A stretch of 64,000 nucleotides of DNA from an uncultured bacterium (GCA_963736115.1 CAVTNR010000010.1:32001-96000), one strand, 5' to 3'; positions 8,852-18,537 are shown, counted from the stretch's first letter. Made by a program: numbers and translations. The notes: generated by a model from the sequence alone, not told the origin.

Positions 8852-9565
8852 TCAAATAGTTTGATCCCTGACAAGACGGACCGAAAAACCGTACCGCTCA
8901 TAGTTATCGAACTGGCGTGCGTCCGAAAAGTCGTAGTACAGGAACACGCTCCAGGCGTAATTGGAGGCTTTTTCCGATGAGGACCAGAAGTAGGCGTAGC
9001 CGCCGATACCGTAGAAGTTCCCATCGTAGTTACGGTAGCTGGCCGGAAGCGCGGAAAAGCCGCTTACGTTTGTCGCTCCTGCATTCGGGCTGTTCCAATG
9101 CGTTATTCCAGCTTCCTTCATTTTTCCACCCGCAACAAATGACCCACCAAGATAATTGATCAGAGTCTGCCATTCCGCGTCCGTCGGTACATGCCAGCCC
9201 GCAGGCGCGATATTCCGGCTGTCCGTGACAGCAAACCAATTGTACAATCGGCCATATGTGGAAACAAAACTGGAATCATTACCAATATTGTAGTACGCAC
9301 CGGTTGTCAGTGCTGCCCATACCGAGCCATCCGTAACATTGGGGATCGGGTCTCCATTTCTGTACTTTGTCACTTTTAAATTCTCGACAGTCCAAACCTG
9401 CGTGCCGATGGTCACCGTGTGGTATACATTGCCGTCTATGTCCGTCACAGTGAGATCAGTTTCTATCTCTTTCCCTGGTTCTGTTCCCCCGGATTTAGAA
9501 TCGCACCCTTGCAGTGCTATGAGACCGACGGCCGCTACGATCGCTAAAATCATTCTGTTCGACAT
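8852..9565 (-). CDS. Fibrobacter succinogenes major paralogous domain (Fib_succ_major) lipoprotein
   Basis: LQG-C lipobox; TDIDGNVYHTVTIGTQVW..ENL, YGRLYNW, APAGWHVPT..EW..L, FWSS and GFSVRLVRD. Confidence 0.9.
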   Translation of the reverse strand: MSNRMILAIVAAVGLIALQGCDSKSGGTEPGKEIETDLTVTDIDGNVYHTVTIGTQVWTVENLKVTKYRNGDPIPNVTDGSVWAALTTGAYYNIGNDSSFVSTYGRLYNWFAVTDSRNIAPAGWHVPTDAEWQTLINYLGGSFVAGGKMKEAGITHWNSPNAGATNVSGFSALPASYRNYDGNFYGIGGYAYFWSSSEKASNYAWSVFLYYDFSDARQFDNYERYGFSVRLVRDQTI

Positions 9566-9589
9566 CAGAATCCCTCCTTCTGTGGAGAC

Positions 9590-11125
9590 TTATTTTCTTT
9601 TTATTTCATAAATCCCTTTTGAATCCCACGCGATAAAATGATTAGCATCAACCCATCCAAGAATATTCGTGATTCCGAGCTCTTTATTGTCGGGTATATG
9701 CATATCCGGCACCGGCCCAAGTTTTCCCTCCACGTCATCCGGCTGGATATATAGTCTTGAAGAGAAACCAATTTTATACACGGGGATTTCAACTATCGCT
9801 CCGCCCAATCCTGGCATTTTCTGTACCTCAAAAGGCACTGCTATTAACTTGACCAAACCGGATTTTTCTTGAACTGTTTCAGCCAATTCTTTTCCACTTG
9901 GTATCGTTTGTATATGCGTGATTCGTTCACCATTGAAGAAGAAGATACCCGGAAGAACCCGTCTTATGTTATTCGTCGCCTCAACCCGGAGAAGGGATAT
10001 CGAGAGTAAAATGCAGTCGCAATTCGGCCGCAGGTAGGCCATGCTTTCGAGCTTAAATTGGTTGTAGTCTCCACGATCGTGCACGAAGTCAGGGAGCTCC
10101 TTCACATTATTGACGATATTCTTCCATCGGCCTCGGACATAGGCCATCCATGGCTTTCGATAACCTTCTGAAAAGTTCCCCTGATCGAGCTGTACCATGA
10201 AATGGTCCGAATCCCCAGGTCGGTATTCAATGATGGAACCGACTTGATATTCCGGGAACAGAGGGTGCTTGTCTTCATCGGTCAAAACGGGCTGGACAGT
10301 GTCACGGATGATTCGGCACAATGCTTCCTTGTAGGTCGCTCCGGCAACCTTGAAAATTACCAAGGTCGTATCCCCGTAGAATGCGGGTGTTCCCTTGATA
10401 CCTTTAACAGTTACACCGGGCATACCGGGAAGCGTATCTTCGCTAAAAATCATGGGCTTCAACGTCTTACCGTCATGGAGAAAATAACCGTCAACTTTTT
10501 TCCCAAACCTTTTCCCCGAAACATGAATGAATGCATCACCGTTGTTGGCAATGAACAAATCAGAAGCTTTATCAACCAAAAACTCCTCTCCAGAGGGTAG
10601 TGTGATTGACTCTTCCTCCCCGATGAGATGGAATATACGGTCGCCATCCCATGCATAAATGCTCTTTCCTAGTCCCCATTCCCGGTTGGACCAGTACACG
10701 GTCTCTCGTCCTCCTTTAACACGGTCCTCACTGCTGATCCAATACCGTATATTGATCTCCTTACCGTTCGGGGCTAGAAACGATTCTCCACCGACAAAAA
10801 GCCGTTGGATCCTTCCATTGTGAAAAATATAATATGCCCATTTTTTCCCTTCATCGGCGAACCTTCCCCAGAAACCGATCATTCCATTCTCGACCCAGTC
10901 AAGATGCCTGATCTCCTGAAGTGCGCCTCCTTCAGGCAGAGTATCATTGAGTTGGAGATAAGGCGTTACAATCCATTCACCGTCAATGTTATAAAGTTCA
11001 GAATCCCTTCCGCTGTATTCCTTGGAATAACTAATGTTTACTGAGATTTCAAGGAGAAAGACGAACACGGAGATGACGGTCAGCCGCATGGATTGACTAC
11101 TGAAAATAAAACGATGGGTTTTCAT
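9590..11125 (-). CDS. Hypothetical secreted protein (possible beta-propeller)
   Basis: 511-aa ORF with GGAGG RBS and an N-terminal hydrophobic segment; AT-richer than flanking core genes. Confidence 0.65.
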   Translation of the reverse strand: MKTHRFIFSSQSMRLTVISVFVFLLEISVNISYSKEYSGRDSELYNIDGEWIVTPYLQLNDTLPEGGALQEIRHLDWVENGMIGFWGRFADEGKKWAYYIFHNGRIQRLFVGGESFLAPNGKEINIRYWISSEDRVKGGRETVYWSNREWGLGKSIYAWDGDRIFHLIGEEESITLPSGEEFLVDKASDLFIANNGDAFIHVSGKRFGKKVDGYFLHDGKTLKPMIFSEDTLPGMPGVTVKGIKGTPAFYGDTTLVIFKVAGATYKEALCRIIRDTVQPVLTDEDKHPLFPEYQVGSIIEYRPGDSDHFMVQLDQGNFSEGYRKPWMAYVRGRWKNIVNNVKELPDFVHDRGDYNQFKLESMAYLRPNCDCILLSISLLRVEATNNIRRVLPGIFFFNGERITHIQTIPSGKELAETVQEKSGLVKLIAVPFEVQKMPGLGGAIVEIPVYKIGFSSRLYIQPDDVEGKLGPVPDMHIPDNKELGITNILGWVDANHFIAWDSKGIYEIKRK

Positions 11126-11283
11126 CGAGCGACCTCCCTTTTTAATATTACGAACAGTAATATTGGAATATCGGATTATTGATCAAAAGTTGGTATTTAT
11201 AAATATTCGTGACCAAAATATGCACAAATCTATACAAAAATATGCTAAAATATACTAAATATCAAATAGAATCTTTAGAAAAT

Positions 11284-11326
11284 AAAAAAGCCACAAATAC
11301 AATCTTTCATTGTATTTGCGGCCTTT
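11284..11326 (-). terminator. Intrinsic terminator downstream of tRNA-Ala
   Basis: Hairpin GCCACAAATACAAT / ATTGTATTTGCGGC followed by a U-run on the minus strand. Confidence 0.6.
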
Positions 11327-11334
11327 GTGTTCCG

Positions 11335-11408
11335 TGGAGCTGAACGGGATCGAACCGTCGACCTTCTGACTGCCAGTCAGACGCTCTCCCAAACTGAGCT
11401 ACAGCCCC
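11335..11408 (-). tRNA. tRNA-Ala(GGC)
   Basis: GGGGCTGTAGCTCAG...anticodon stem TCTGA/TCAGA with loop CTGGCAG...GGTTCGATCCC...CAGCTCCA; G3:U70 pair; CCA not encoded. Confidence 0.96.
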
Positions 11409-11483
11409 AAAAGCTGTTAATTATAACAAATTTCGGGTCGAAAAGCAAGGACTTTTCAGCCTGCCTGGTGGCCGTTAGATGCT

Positions 11484-11532
11484 GAGATTGCCACGCCCTG
11501 CTCAGGCTTCCTGAGCAGGGCTCGCAATGACA
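11484..11532 (+). repeat. Palindromic element GAGATTGCCACG...CTCGCAATGACA
   Basis: Perfect internal hairpin CCCTGCTCAGG-CTT-CCTGAGCAGGG between the ends. Confidence 0.6.
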
Positions 11533-11549
11533 TCTATTTACTATCAACC

Positions 11550-11603
11550 GGTAGCCGCGGCCTTTTGGCCGCGTAAAATCGCAGGCTAAAGCCTGCGGCT
11601 ACC
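11550..11603. repeat. GTAG-type REP inverted pair
   Basis: GGTAGCCGCGGCCTTTTGGCCGCG ... CGCAGGCTAAAGCCTGCGGCTACC; a related single REP lies at 27044-27067. Confidence 0.75.
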
Positions 11604-11643
11604 CAAAATTCGAATTTTGTAAGTTCAATTTAATCAACTATTT

Positions 11644-13419
11644 TTACCGCACAACCGCCATCTTTCCCTTGGCTACGATGTCGCTTCCGTCGAGCAGGAC
11701 ATACATATAAACCCCGGAGGCAATGAGGTTGCCCTGGGTATTCCTGCCGTTCCACTGGATTCGATAGACATGGCCGTCCTTGACATCCCACTTGTCAAAC
11801 ACCGGAGACACGTCCAGACCCGAAGAGGATACAGTCGCGTACTGAACGTCCGCGACCCTGAATCCCGCGGCAGTGAACACCAGCAGGCGGACGGGCCTGG
11901 CAACGGATGCGTCGGTTATGAAGGGGATGGTGAGCCGGTTCAATCCGTCCGGGTTGAAGGGATTGGGATAGCAGTCGGGCACATGGCCCGAGTCCGGGCC
12001 TGCCGCGCTTCCATCCAGTTCCAAAGTGCGGACCGCGCCTGCATGGGGCTGAACCGTGGCATAGGCCAGCCAGGCGGCCTCGTCCTGGACGGAAATGTCC
12101 GCGTACAGGCCATCGTCGATCTGTGTGCTCCCATTCGTGCGGTTGCGGGTCAGGCTGAGGGTCACGGGATCGGAGGAGATGCTCTGGGAATACCGGAGAT
12201 TTGCCAGGCTGAAGAGATAGGCGTCGCCGGCGAGGTTTTCGAATGTGTAGTAGCGGCAGCCCGTGGTCGCAACCGTCGCGTTCACGGTCATGCCCTCGCC
12301 GTTGAGGTCGTATTCCCTGTCCGGCGTGATTTCGGGATACGCATGGCCCTCGGAGTAGAAATGGACCGTGTCCGCGCGCGAGCCGGTGCGCGTATTCCAC
12401 GCGTAGAACAAGCCGAGCTCTTCGTCAAAACGTTTTCCATAATCGCGCAGGACCAGGTCGCAGGCGTCGATGTCGGCCGTCATCTCGGCCAGTTCTTCCC
12501 ATATTCCGGCCGCGAAACGAGGCGTCCCCAGCCGTTTCTGAATAAAATGGAACCAGACGCAGAGCCCGTATTCCCGCCAGCCGTCCGCGGTGTCGAACCG
12601 CCGGTTGCTGTACTGGAAAAAATCGTCAAGGTAATAGTAATAATCATTGATGCCGTCATACGCCATATCCTCGATCCAGGTGGCATTGGCCTCGTACAGG
12701 AAGAGACTCCGGGTATAGTCGTAGATGTAAGCGAGATGGCACATGTGCGTGAACTCATGCGCCACCGTGACGCGCAGGGCGTCGAGTCCCTTGGTTTCGG
12801 TACGCGTGAAATTACAGTCAATGCTCATAAATGAAGTCCAGATGTCCGGGTCTATGCCGATCTGGGTCTCAGGCGTGGTGACGCCGTATTCGCCGCCCAT
12901 GTCCACGCAATAGCAGTCCCATTCCGGAGCGGTTTCGGAATCCGCCGGCGGCGGACGAAAGCCGAGCTGTCCCACGACGACTGAATACGAGTGATCCAGA
13001 CTGCGGCAGGCTTCCTCCGGGAAGTCGGGGATGCCGTTGCGGTCCGTGTCGTCCGCGGGCACCGCGGAGGAACCGGTGGTCGCGTAATGCACGCGGAACC
13101 GGCCGCTCGCGCTGACCAGAGAATACGGCAGGGACGGCCTCGTGTCGAGAATGGACAAGACACTTCTCTGTTCCTCCGTGAACTCGTGCCTGTGGGCACG
13201 CACCGCGGACACGGTCTGGAATCCGCATTTTTGCGAGCGGGTCCGGACCTGCCTGAGCGAATCCGGAAGCCGGCCGGGATCGGCGATGCGGACCGCGTCC
13301 CAGTACAGGGCCTGGCGGGCGCTCTCGGACAGGGGCTGGAGGGCTTTCCTGCCGTCCGCGGATGCGGTTTGGACCAGGCCGGTCAGGAGGAGGAGAATGA
13401 TTCCGGGTTTGAATCGCAT
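11644..13419 (-). CDS. Secreted zinc metalloprotease (MXAN_6640-like) with C-terminal sorting domain
   Basis: Signal peptide MRFKPGIILLLL; FRVHY, DTDRNGIPDF, VTVAHEFTH (HExxH), EANATWIED; C-terminal YPNPFNP...WNGRN..G..IASGVY. Confidence 0.8.
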   Translation of the reverse strand: MRFKPGIILLLLTGLVQTASADGRKALQPLSESARQALYWDAVRIADPGRLPDSLRQVRTRSQKCGFQTVSAVRAHRHEFTEEQRSVLSILDTRPSLPYSLVSASGRFRVHYATTGSSAVPADDTDRNGIPDFPEEACRSLDHSYSVVVGQLGFRPPPADSETAPEWDCYCVDMGGEYGVTTPETQIGIDPDIWTSFMSIDCNFTRTETKGLDALRVTVAHEFTHMCHLAYIYDYTRSLFLYEANATWIEDMAYDGINDYYYYLDDFFQYSNRRFDTADGWREYGLCVWFHFIQKRLGTPRFAAGIWEELAEMTADIDACDLVLRDYGKRFDEELGLFYAWNTRTGSRADTVHFYSEGHAYPEITPDREYDLNGEGMTVNATVATTGCRYYTFENLAGDAYLFSLANLRYSQSISSDPVTLSLTRNRTNGSTQIDDGLYADISVQDEAAWLAYATVQPHAGAVRTLELDGSAAGPDSGHVPDCYPNPFNPDGLNRLTIPFITDASVARPVRLLVFTAAGFRVADVQYATVSSSGLDVSPVFDKWDVKDGHVYRIQWNGRNTQGNLIASGVYMYVLLDGSDIVAKGKMAVVR

Positions 13420-13466
13420 CGGGTTTTTCCGTTGGTCTTTTATAAGGCCCTTCTGCCCCACCACCC

Positions 13467-13544
13467 CTGGATTCCCGCCAGAAAAACGCGGGAATGACAT
13501 CCGGTAGTATTACCTGGATCCCCGCTTAAAAAACGCGGGGATGA
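13467..13544 (+). repeat. Two tandem TGGAT(T/C)CCCGC-N9-GCGGG(A/G)ATGA palindromes
   Basis: Copies at 13467-13498 and 13514-13544 in the der/protease intergenic gap. Confidence 0.65.
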
Positions 13545-13564
13545 ATGATCCGCAAGCGGATCAT

Positions 13565-14920
13565 TCACTTCTTCCGGAACGAAAACGTCAGCGGCACACC
13601 CATGAACCCGAACTCCTTGCGTATGCGGTTCTCCAGAAACCGCTGGTAGCTTTCCTGAATCAGCTCCGGGTGGTTCGAGAAGAACGCGAACACGGGCGGG
13701 TTCGTGGCCGCCTGGGTGCAGTAATTCACGTGCACGCGCCTGCCCAGCACGGCCGGCGGCTGGAACTCCGCGTTCACCCGCTCGAGAAAGCGGTTGAGTT
13801 CCGGCGACGAAATGCGCTTGCGCCTCTCCTGCGCGGCCTGCCAGGCCGCGTCGAGCACTTTGCCCGTTCCGCGTCCGTTCATGGAAGACAGAAAGATCAC
13901 GGGCACGTATTCCAGGCCCTGGAGCTTGATCTCCATGCCGTTCTCGATGACGGAGCGGTGATCGTCGTCCTTTTCCGCGAGATCCCATTTGTTCATGGCC
14001 AGAACCACGGCCTTTCGGCCGTCGACCGCCTGGCGCAGAACCTGCAGGTCCTGCTGGGTGAGGCCCTCGCCGGCCTCGGCCATGATGCAGGCGACATCGC
14101 ACTGCTCGATGACGCGCTTGGAGCGGAGCACGCTGTAGTACTCGACGCCGTCCTCGACATGGCTCTGCCGCCGCATGCCCGCCGTGTCGATGAGCAGGAA
14201 TTCGCGCCCCCTGCGGCTGAACCGGATGTCGACCGGGTCGCGCGTCGTGCCGGGAATCTCGGACACGAGCATGCGCTCGCGGCCCAGAACCGCGTTGACG
14301 AAGGTCGACTTGCCCACATTGGGCCTGCCGACCACGGCCAGCCGGACCACGTTGCCGGTCCCGGCCTGCGGCTCCGCGGCCGTCTCGGGCCCGAGCATTT
14401 CAACGACACGGGCCAGCAGGTCTCCCGTGCTGGTTCCCGAAGCGGCCGAGACCGGCATTGCTTCGCCGAGCCCGAGCCGGATGAACTCCGCCGCGTCCGG
14501 CAGACGGCCCGCGTGGTCGGTCTTGTTGGCCGCGACGATCACCGGTTTGCCGCTCCTCAACAGAATACGGCCGATTTCCGCGTCCACGTCGGTGATGCCC
14601 GTGGTGACGTCGCACACGAAAACAACGACATCCGCCTCCTCGATGGCCAGCCGGACCTGACGGGAGACGCCCTCCTCGATGGAATCCGCGCCTTTCGGAA
14701 TGTAGCCGCCCGTATCGACCAGCACGAAGGAACGGCCCTGCCACTCCGCTTCCGCGGCCTTGCGGTCACGCGTGATTCCGGGCGCGTCGTCGACGATGGC
14801 CTCGCGCCTGCGGACGAGACGGTTGAACAGCGTGGATTTGCCCACATTGGCCCGGCCGATGATCACGACCACGGGCAGGTCGCCGGGCAGGGACGGCATT
14901 TTCAGTGCTTCGCGCTTCAT
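13565..14920 (-). CDS. der: Ribosome biogenesis GTPase Der (EngA)
   Basis: Two G-domains (GRANVGKS/DTGG/NKTD and GRPNVGKS/DTAG/NKWD) plus a KH-like C-terminus. Confidence 0.97.
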   Translation of the reverse strand: MKREALKMPSLPGDLPVVVIIGRANVGKSTLFNRLVRRREAIVDDAPGITRDRKAAEAEWQGRSFVLVDTGGYIPKGADSIEEGVSRQVRLAIEEADVVVFVCDVTTGITDVDAEIGRILLRSGKPVIVAANKTDHAGRLPDAAEFIRLGLGEAMPVSAASGTSTGDLLARVVEMLGPETAAEPQAGTGNVVRLAVVGRPNVGKSTFVNAVLGRERMLVSEIPGTTRDPVDIRFSRRGREFLLIDTAGMRRQSHVEDGVEYYSVLRSKRVIEQCDVACIMAEAGEGLTQQDLQVLRQAVDGRKAVVLAMNKWDLAEKDDDHRSVIENGMEIKLQGLEYVPVIFLSSMNGRGTGKVLDAAWQAAQERRKRISSPELNRFLERVNAEFQPPAVLGRRVHVNYCTQAATNPPVFAFFSNHPELIQESYQRFLENRIRKEFGFMGVPLTFSFRKK

Positions 14921-16221
14921 GATGCCGCCTCCGCGGTTCTCAGTTCCGTGAAAGATTCCAAAATACGCACCGGACGCGCCAGCCGGACGGACAGTTTCTC
15001 CGGCGTCCAGTCGTCGAGAAAGAGCCCGTCGCTGTTCAGGCAGTTGGACGGGAGAAGGACCGCGTCAAACGGCCGGGTTGAACGGAGGCCGGCCGCGATG
15101 TCCCGGCCGGTCAGAAGCCCGGAAACGGTCACGGAATCCCCGAAAAACCGGTTCCGCACGGCCGTGATGGAAAACGAAGCGTTCCGGATGCGGTTCAACA
15201 CGGGCAGGAGTTGCGCCTCGAGCACGGGCGCCGCGAGCGTACCGGTGACCACCCTGAACCGGGTGCGCCTGGGGAACGAGACGGGCAGGCGGCGCTTGTT
15301 GCGTGAAAAATCCGAAAGCAGGGATCGCACCATGCCGACACCGTTGTCCCTCTGCCAGTATTCCCTGTAATGCGAAACCGGCGGCACGGGCCTGCCGGCC
15401 AGCAGGTAGAATTCATCCGCCGCGTATACGAAGGACTCCCCGGTCTCGGTTCGGAAGCGCCTTTGCATGGGGCTGATCCGGTCGAGCAGGGCTTCAGAAG
15501 CGGCCGCGGTGACGGGATTCATTTTCGAGAGCGCCCGGCGGTGCCGGGTCAGGCCCACCGGAACCACGGCCACTGACCGGAAGGCCGGAAAAAAGCCGGC
15601 CAGCGCAGCCACAGTTTCATCAAGCACGGCGCCGTCATTGATGCCGGGACAGAGCACGACCTGGCCGTGCATCTCAATGCCCCGCTCCCCGAGAAAACGG
15701 ATCTTTTCAATGAGCCGGTCGTCCTTCCGCAGGCCGAGCAGGCGGCGCCGGACCTCGGGATCAGCCGCATGGACCGATACGTAAAGAGGAGACAGCCGCT
15801 GTTGCACGATACGCCGCAGGTCCTCTTCCCCGACCGCGGTGAGCGTGACGTAATTGCCGAAAAGGAAGGACAGGCGGTAGTCTTCGTCCTTGAAGGCCAG
15901 GCCGGGCCGGACGCCCGGCGGGTTCTGGTCCACGAAGCAGAACACGCAATTGTTGCCGCAGTGCCTGAAGCGCATCGGCGCGAATTGAAGCCCGAAGGTC
16001 TCGGCGTCCCCGTCGGTTATCGTGACCCGGAGTTTCCCCCCGGCGCGTTCGAAAACACAGTCGGTCGTTCCATCCGCGGAATGGAAACGGAAATCGAGCA
16101 GGTCGGCCGCCGGCCGGCCGTTCACCGACGCCAGCGTATCGCCGCGCCGAAGGCCGGCCGCGGACGCGGGACTGCCGGGCCGAATGGACTCAATCCTTGG
16201 GCGGTCGGCACTTTTCGACAC
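14917..16221 (-). CDS. PDZ + radical-SAM-like DUF512 protein
   Basis: N-terminal PDZ (GSPA..AGL..GD), CGNNCVFCFVDQ, KDEDYRLSFL.GNYVTLT, SVAVVPVGLT. Confidence 0.9.
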   Translation of the reverse strand: MSKSADRPRIESIRPGSPASAAGLRRGDTLASVNGRPAADLLDFRFHSADGTTDCVFERAGGKLRVTITDGDAETFGLQFAPMRFRHCGNNCVFCFVDQNPPGVRPGLAFKDEDYRLSFLFGNYVTLTAVGEEDLRRIVQQRLSPLYVSVHAADPEVRRRLLGLRKDDRLIEKIRFLGERGIEMHGQVVLCPGINDGAVLDETVAALAGFFPAFRSVAVVPVGLTRHRRALSKMNPVTAAASEALLDRISPMQRRFRTETGESFVYAADEFYLLAGRPVPPVSHYREYWQRDNGVGMVRSLLSDFSRNKRRLPVSFPRRTRFRVVTGTLAAPVLEAQLLPVLNRIRNASFSITAVRNRFFGDSVTVSGLLTGRDIAAGLRSTRPFDAVLLPSNCLNSDGLFLDDWTPEKLSVRLARPVRILESFTELRTAEAAS

Positions 16222-17413
16222 GCAAGTCCTTCCACTTCTGGTGCCGCTTCCACTCGTTGATCATGAAATTGAGGAGGGCGGCCATGGGCACGGCGAGCAG
16301 AAGCCCCCAGAAGCCCAGGAAACGGGAAAAAATGAGGATGGAGAAGATCACGACCACGGGATGCAGGCCCACGCGGTCTCCGACGACTTTCGGCGAAACC
16401 ACCCACGCCTCGAGCGACTGGACGACCAGGAAAACGCCCGCGATCTGGAGCGCCGCCCACTGGGGATGCGCCGAAAACGGGCTTGAGAGCAGGGCCACGC
16501 CAAGGCTCACGTAGAGCCCGACATAGGGCACGATGTTGAGGATGCCGGTCACGATGCCGATCATGACCGCATACGGGTTCCCGAACAGGAAGAGCCCGAA
16601 CCAGGTGAGCAGGCCCACAATGGCGCAGACGATGAGCTGGCCCCTCAGATATCCGCCGACGATGCGGTTGGAACGCCAGAGGTAGAAATTCGCGAGGCTC
16701 TTGTACCGGCGCGGTACATATCCGAGAAGCCCGCTCTTCATCCGGCCGTAGTCTTTCAGGAGATAGAAAGTCAGCACGGGGATGAGAATGACGTTCAGGA
16801 GCCGGGTGAGCCAGGTGCCCATACCCGACAGACTGCGCAGAAGGGCGAGCATCAGTTCTTCCACCTTGGCCGGGTATCGCCGGACCAGAAAGTCCTCCTC
16901 CACCTTCGCGTAGTCGATCTGCAGGACGCCGAACAGCCGGGGCAGGTGCCGATGCGCGAGGCTGATGGCGCTCTGGATCATCTGGGGCAGGCGGACGATC
17001 AGGTCCTGGATCTCGCGCACGAGATCCGGAATGACCAGCACGGCGAGAAGGCCGAGCGCGCCGAACAGGACGGCAAAGACAACCGTGACGCCCAGCAGGC
17101 GGGGCCACCGCCGACGCTCGAAGAAATCCACCACCGGGTTGAAAAGATAGGCCAGGACGAAAGCGATGAGAAAGGGAACGACGATGCCCTGCGCGTTCGC
17201 GAGAACCCAGACACCGAGAATGATCCCGATTCCGGCGCGGAGCTTCCGGGCCAGCTCGAAATCCTTCATCTCGCTGAGCAGATAGAGGAGAAGGCCGCCC
17301 ACCAGAATGGGCGACAAAACGGACCGCGTGGACCAGAGGAAAACCACGGTCAGCAGGCAGACCGCGATCGCGGCCAGAACCGGATATTTTTCGTGTGTGC
17401 GCATGAGGACCAT
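16190..17413 (-). CDS. AI-2E family transporter
   Basis: Polytopic membrane protein; AYLFNPVV, YLRGQL, VPYVG, PKVVG..VGLHP, GLLLAVP. Start could be 17404. Confidence 0.88.
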   Translation of the reverse strand: MVLMRTHEKYPVLAAIAVCLLTVVFLWSTRSVLSPILVGGLLLYLLSEMKDFELARKLRAGIGIILGVWVLANAQGIVVPFLIAFVLAYLFNPVVDFFERRRWPRLLGVTVVFAVLFGALGLLAVLVIPDLVREIQDLIVRLPQMIQSAISLAHRHLPRLFGVLQIDYAKVEEDFLVRRYPAKVEELMLALLRSLSGMGTWLTRLLNVILIPVLTFYLLKDYGRMKSGLLGYVPRRYKSLANFYLWRSNRIVGGYLRGQLIVCAIVGLLTWFGLFLFGNPYAVMIGIVTGILNIVPYVGLYVSLGVALLSSPFSAHPQWAALQIAGVFLVVQSLEAWVVSPKVVGDRVGLHPVVVIFSILIFSRFLGFWGLLLAVPMAALLNFMINEWKRHQKWKDLRVEKCRPPKD

Positions 17414-17443
17414 AAAAAAAGGAGGGCGGGGCGTCCGCCCTCC
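17414..17443 (-). terminator. Intrinsic terminator after the CsgG-family gene
   Basis: GGAGGGCGG-ACGCC-CCGCCCTCC followed by T7 on the minus strand. Confidence 0.7.
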
Positions 17444-17472
17444 TCATGAAAGTGATTGGTCAGATGGGTTCT

Positions 17473-18381
17473 TCAGGGCAGGCGGACCAGGTCGCTTGTC
17501 TGGATGCCGCTTCCCGCCTTTACCACGGCCTTCGAAACCCTGGACCCCTCGCCCGCGAAGCCCGTCACCTCGAGCAGGCCGATCTTCTTCTCCTCGGATC
17601 CGAGGGAGAGCCCGGTGTCCGGATCGATCAGGTCCTCGCCCTTCTGAAACACGGCGAAGCGGTCCCCGATCTGCACACCGCCGTCCTGACCCGGCTTGAA
17701 GTAGACCGTCCCCTCCTTCACCAAAATGACCTTGCCGGACCATGTCGTTTCCCCGGCGTTCTCGCGGATCAGGGTCACGATGTCCTCGATCGCGGCGCGC
17801 GTGGCTTTGCCGACGATGGAATTGTCAAAAGCCGTTTCGTTGTTGAACGATCCTTCGCGCGTACTCACGGACAGTCCGCTGGACGACTGCTCCTTTCGGA
17901 CATGCTCGGCCTTCAGAATCTCGCCCGTGGTCGTGCTGATGAGCCGCACGTCGACCGCGACCGTGGCCTTCTGCTTCTTCACGCCCAGGCCGAACCCCTT
18001 CACCGTGCCGCCGATATCCTGCTTGGAATGGCCGAACTCGGTGACGCTGCCCACCACGGCCAGCTCCACGCCGAGCAGTTTTCCGAGCCGGGCCGCGCTT
18101 TCCTGCGTGACCGCGCCGGATTCGCCGAGCCTCTGCTCTTCGAGCACCGCGGCGATATCCTTGCGCTCCATGACCGTGTATTCGCCCGACTTGACCAGGG
18201 ACGTGGTCAGCATGTCGGCCATGCCGTCGCCCGGGGCGCGGCCGTCCCACCAGCGCGAGGACTGGTCGGTCTTGTCCTCGAAGGCAAATACGGCGACCCG
18301 CTTCTTGAGCTGGGCGTCCGCCGAGGCGGTCAAGCCGAATACAGCGGACAGCAGTAAAGCGATGAGCATGGATTTTTTCAT
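17473..18381 (-). CDS. CsgG/HfaB-family protein with FlgT_C-like C-terminal domain
   Basis: Signal peptide; KKRVAVFAFEDK, VMERKDIAAVLEEQ, GKLLGV, GSVTEFG, VDVRLI..TTGEI; C-terminal LIDPDTGLSLG. Confidence 0.85.
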   Translation of the reverse strand: MKKSMLIALLLSAVFGLTASADAQLKKRVAVFAFEDKTDQSSRWWDGRAPGDGMADMLTTSLVKSGEYTVMERKDIAAVLEEQRLGESGAVTQESAARLGKLLGVELAVVGSVTEFGHSKQDIGGTVKGFGLGVKKQKATVAVDVRLISTTTGEILKAEHVRKEQSSSGLSVSTREGSFNNETAFDNSIVGKATRAAIEDIVTLIRENAGETTWSGKVILVKEGTVYFKPGQDGGVQIGDRFAVFQKGEDLIDPDTGLSLGSEEKKIGLLEVTGFAGEGSRVSKAVVKAGSGIQTSDLVRLP

Positions 18382-18403
18382 GGCTTGATCCTTGGATGTT
18401 TGA

Positions 18404-18532
18404 GTTCATGGTTCATAGTTCATGGTTCATAGTTAAAAGAGAAGGATTGTTTTCCTCCATGAACGATGAACAATGAACCGTAATGAACCGTTTTCTTTTT
18501 CAACTATGAACTATGAACCATGAACTATGAAC
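18404..18532. repeat. Inverted heptamer tandem repeats (GTTCATR)n ... (YATGAAC)n
   Basis: 18404-18434 and 18502-18532 are near-perfect inverted arms; extra ATGAAC units lie between them. Confidence 0.9.
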
Positions 18533-18537
18533 TTTTT

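Noticed and set aside
13541-15370. 609-aa + strand ORF
   Set aside because: Antisense shadow of der/DUF512 in GC-rich DNA; no motifs.
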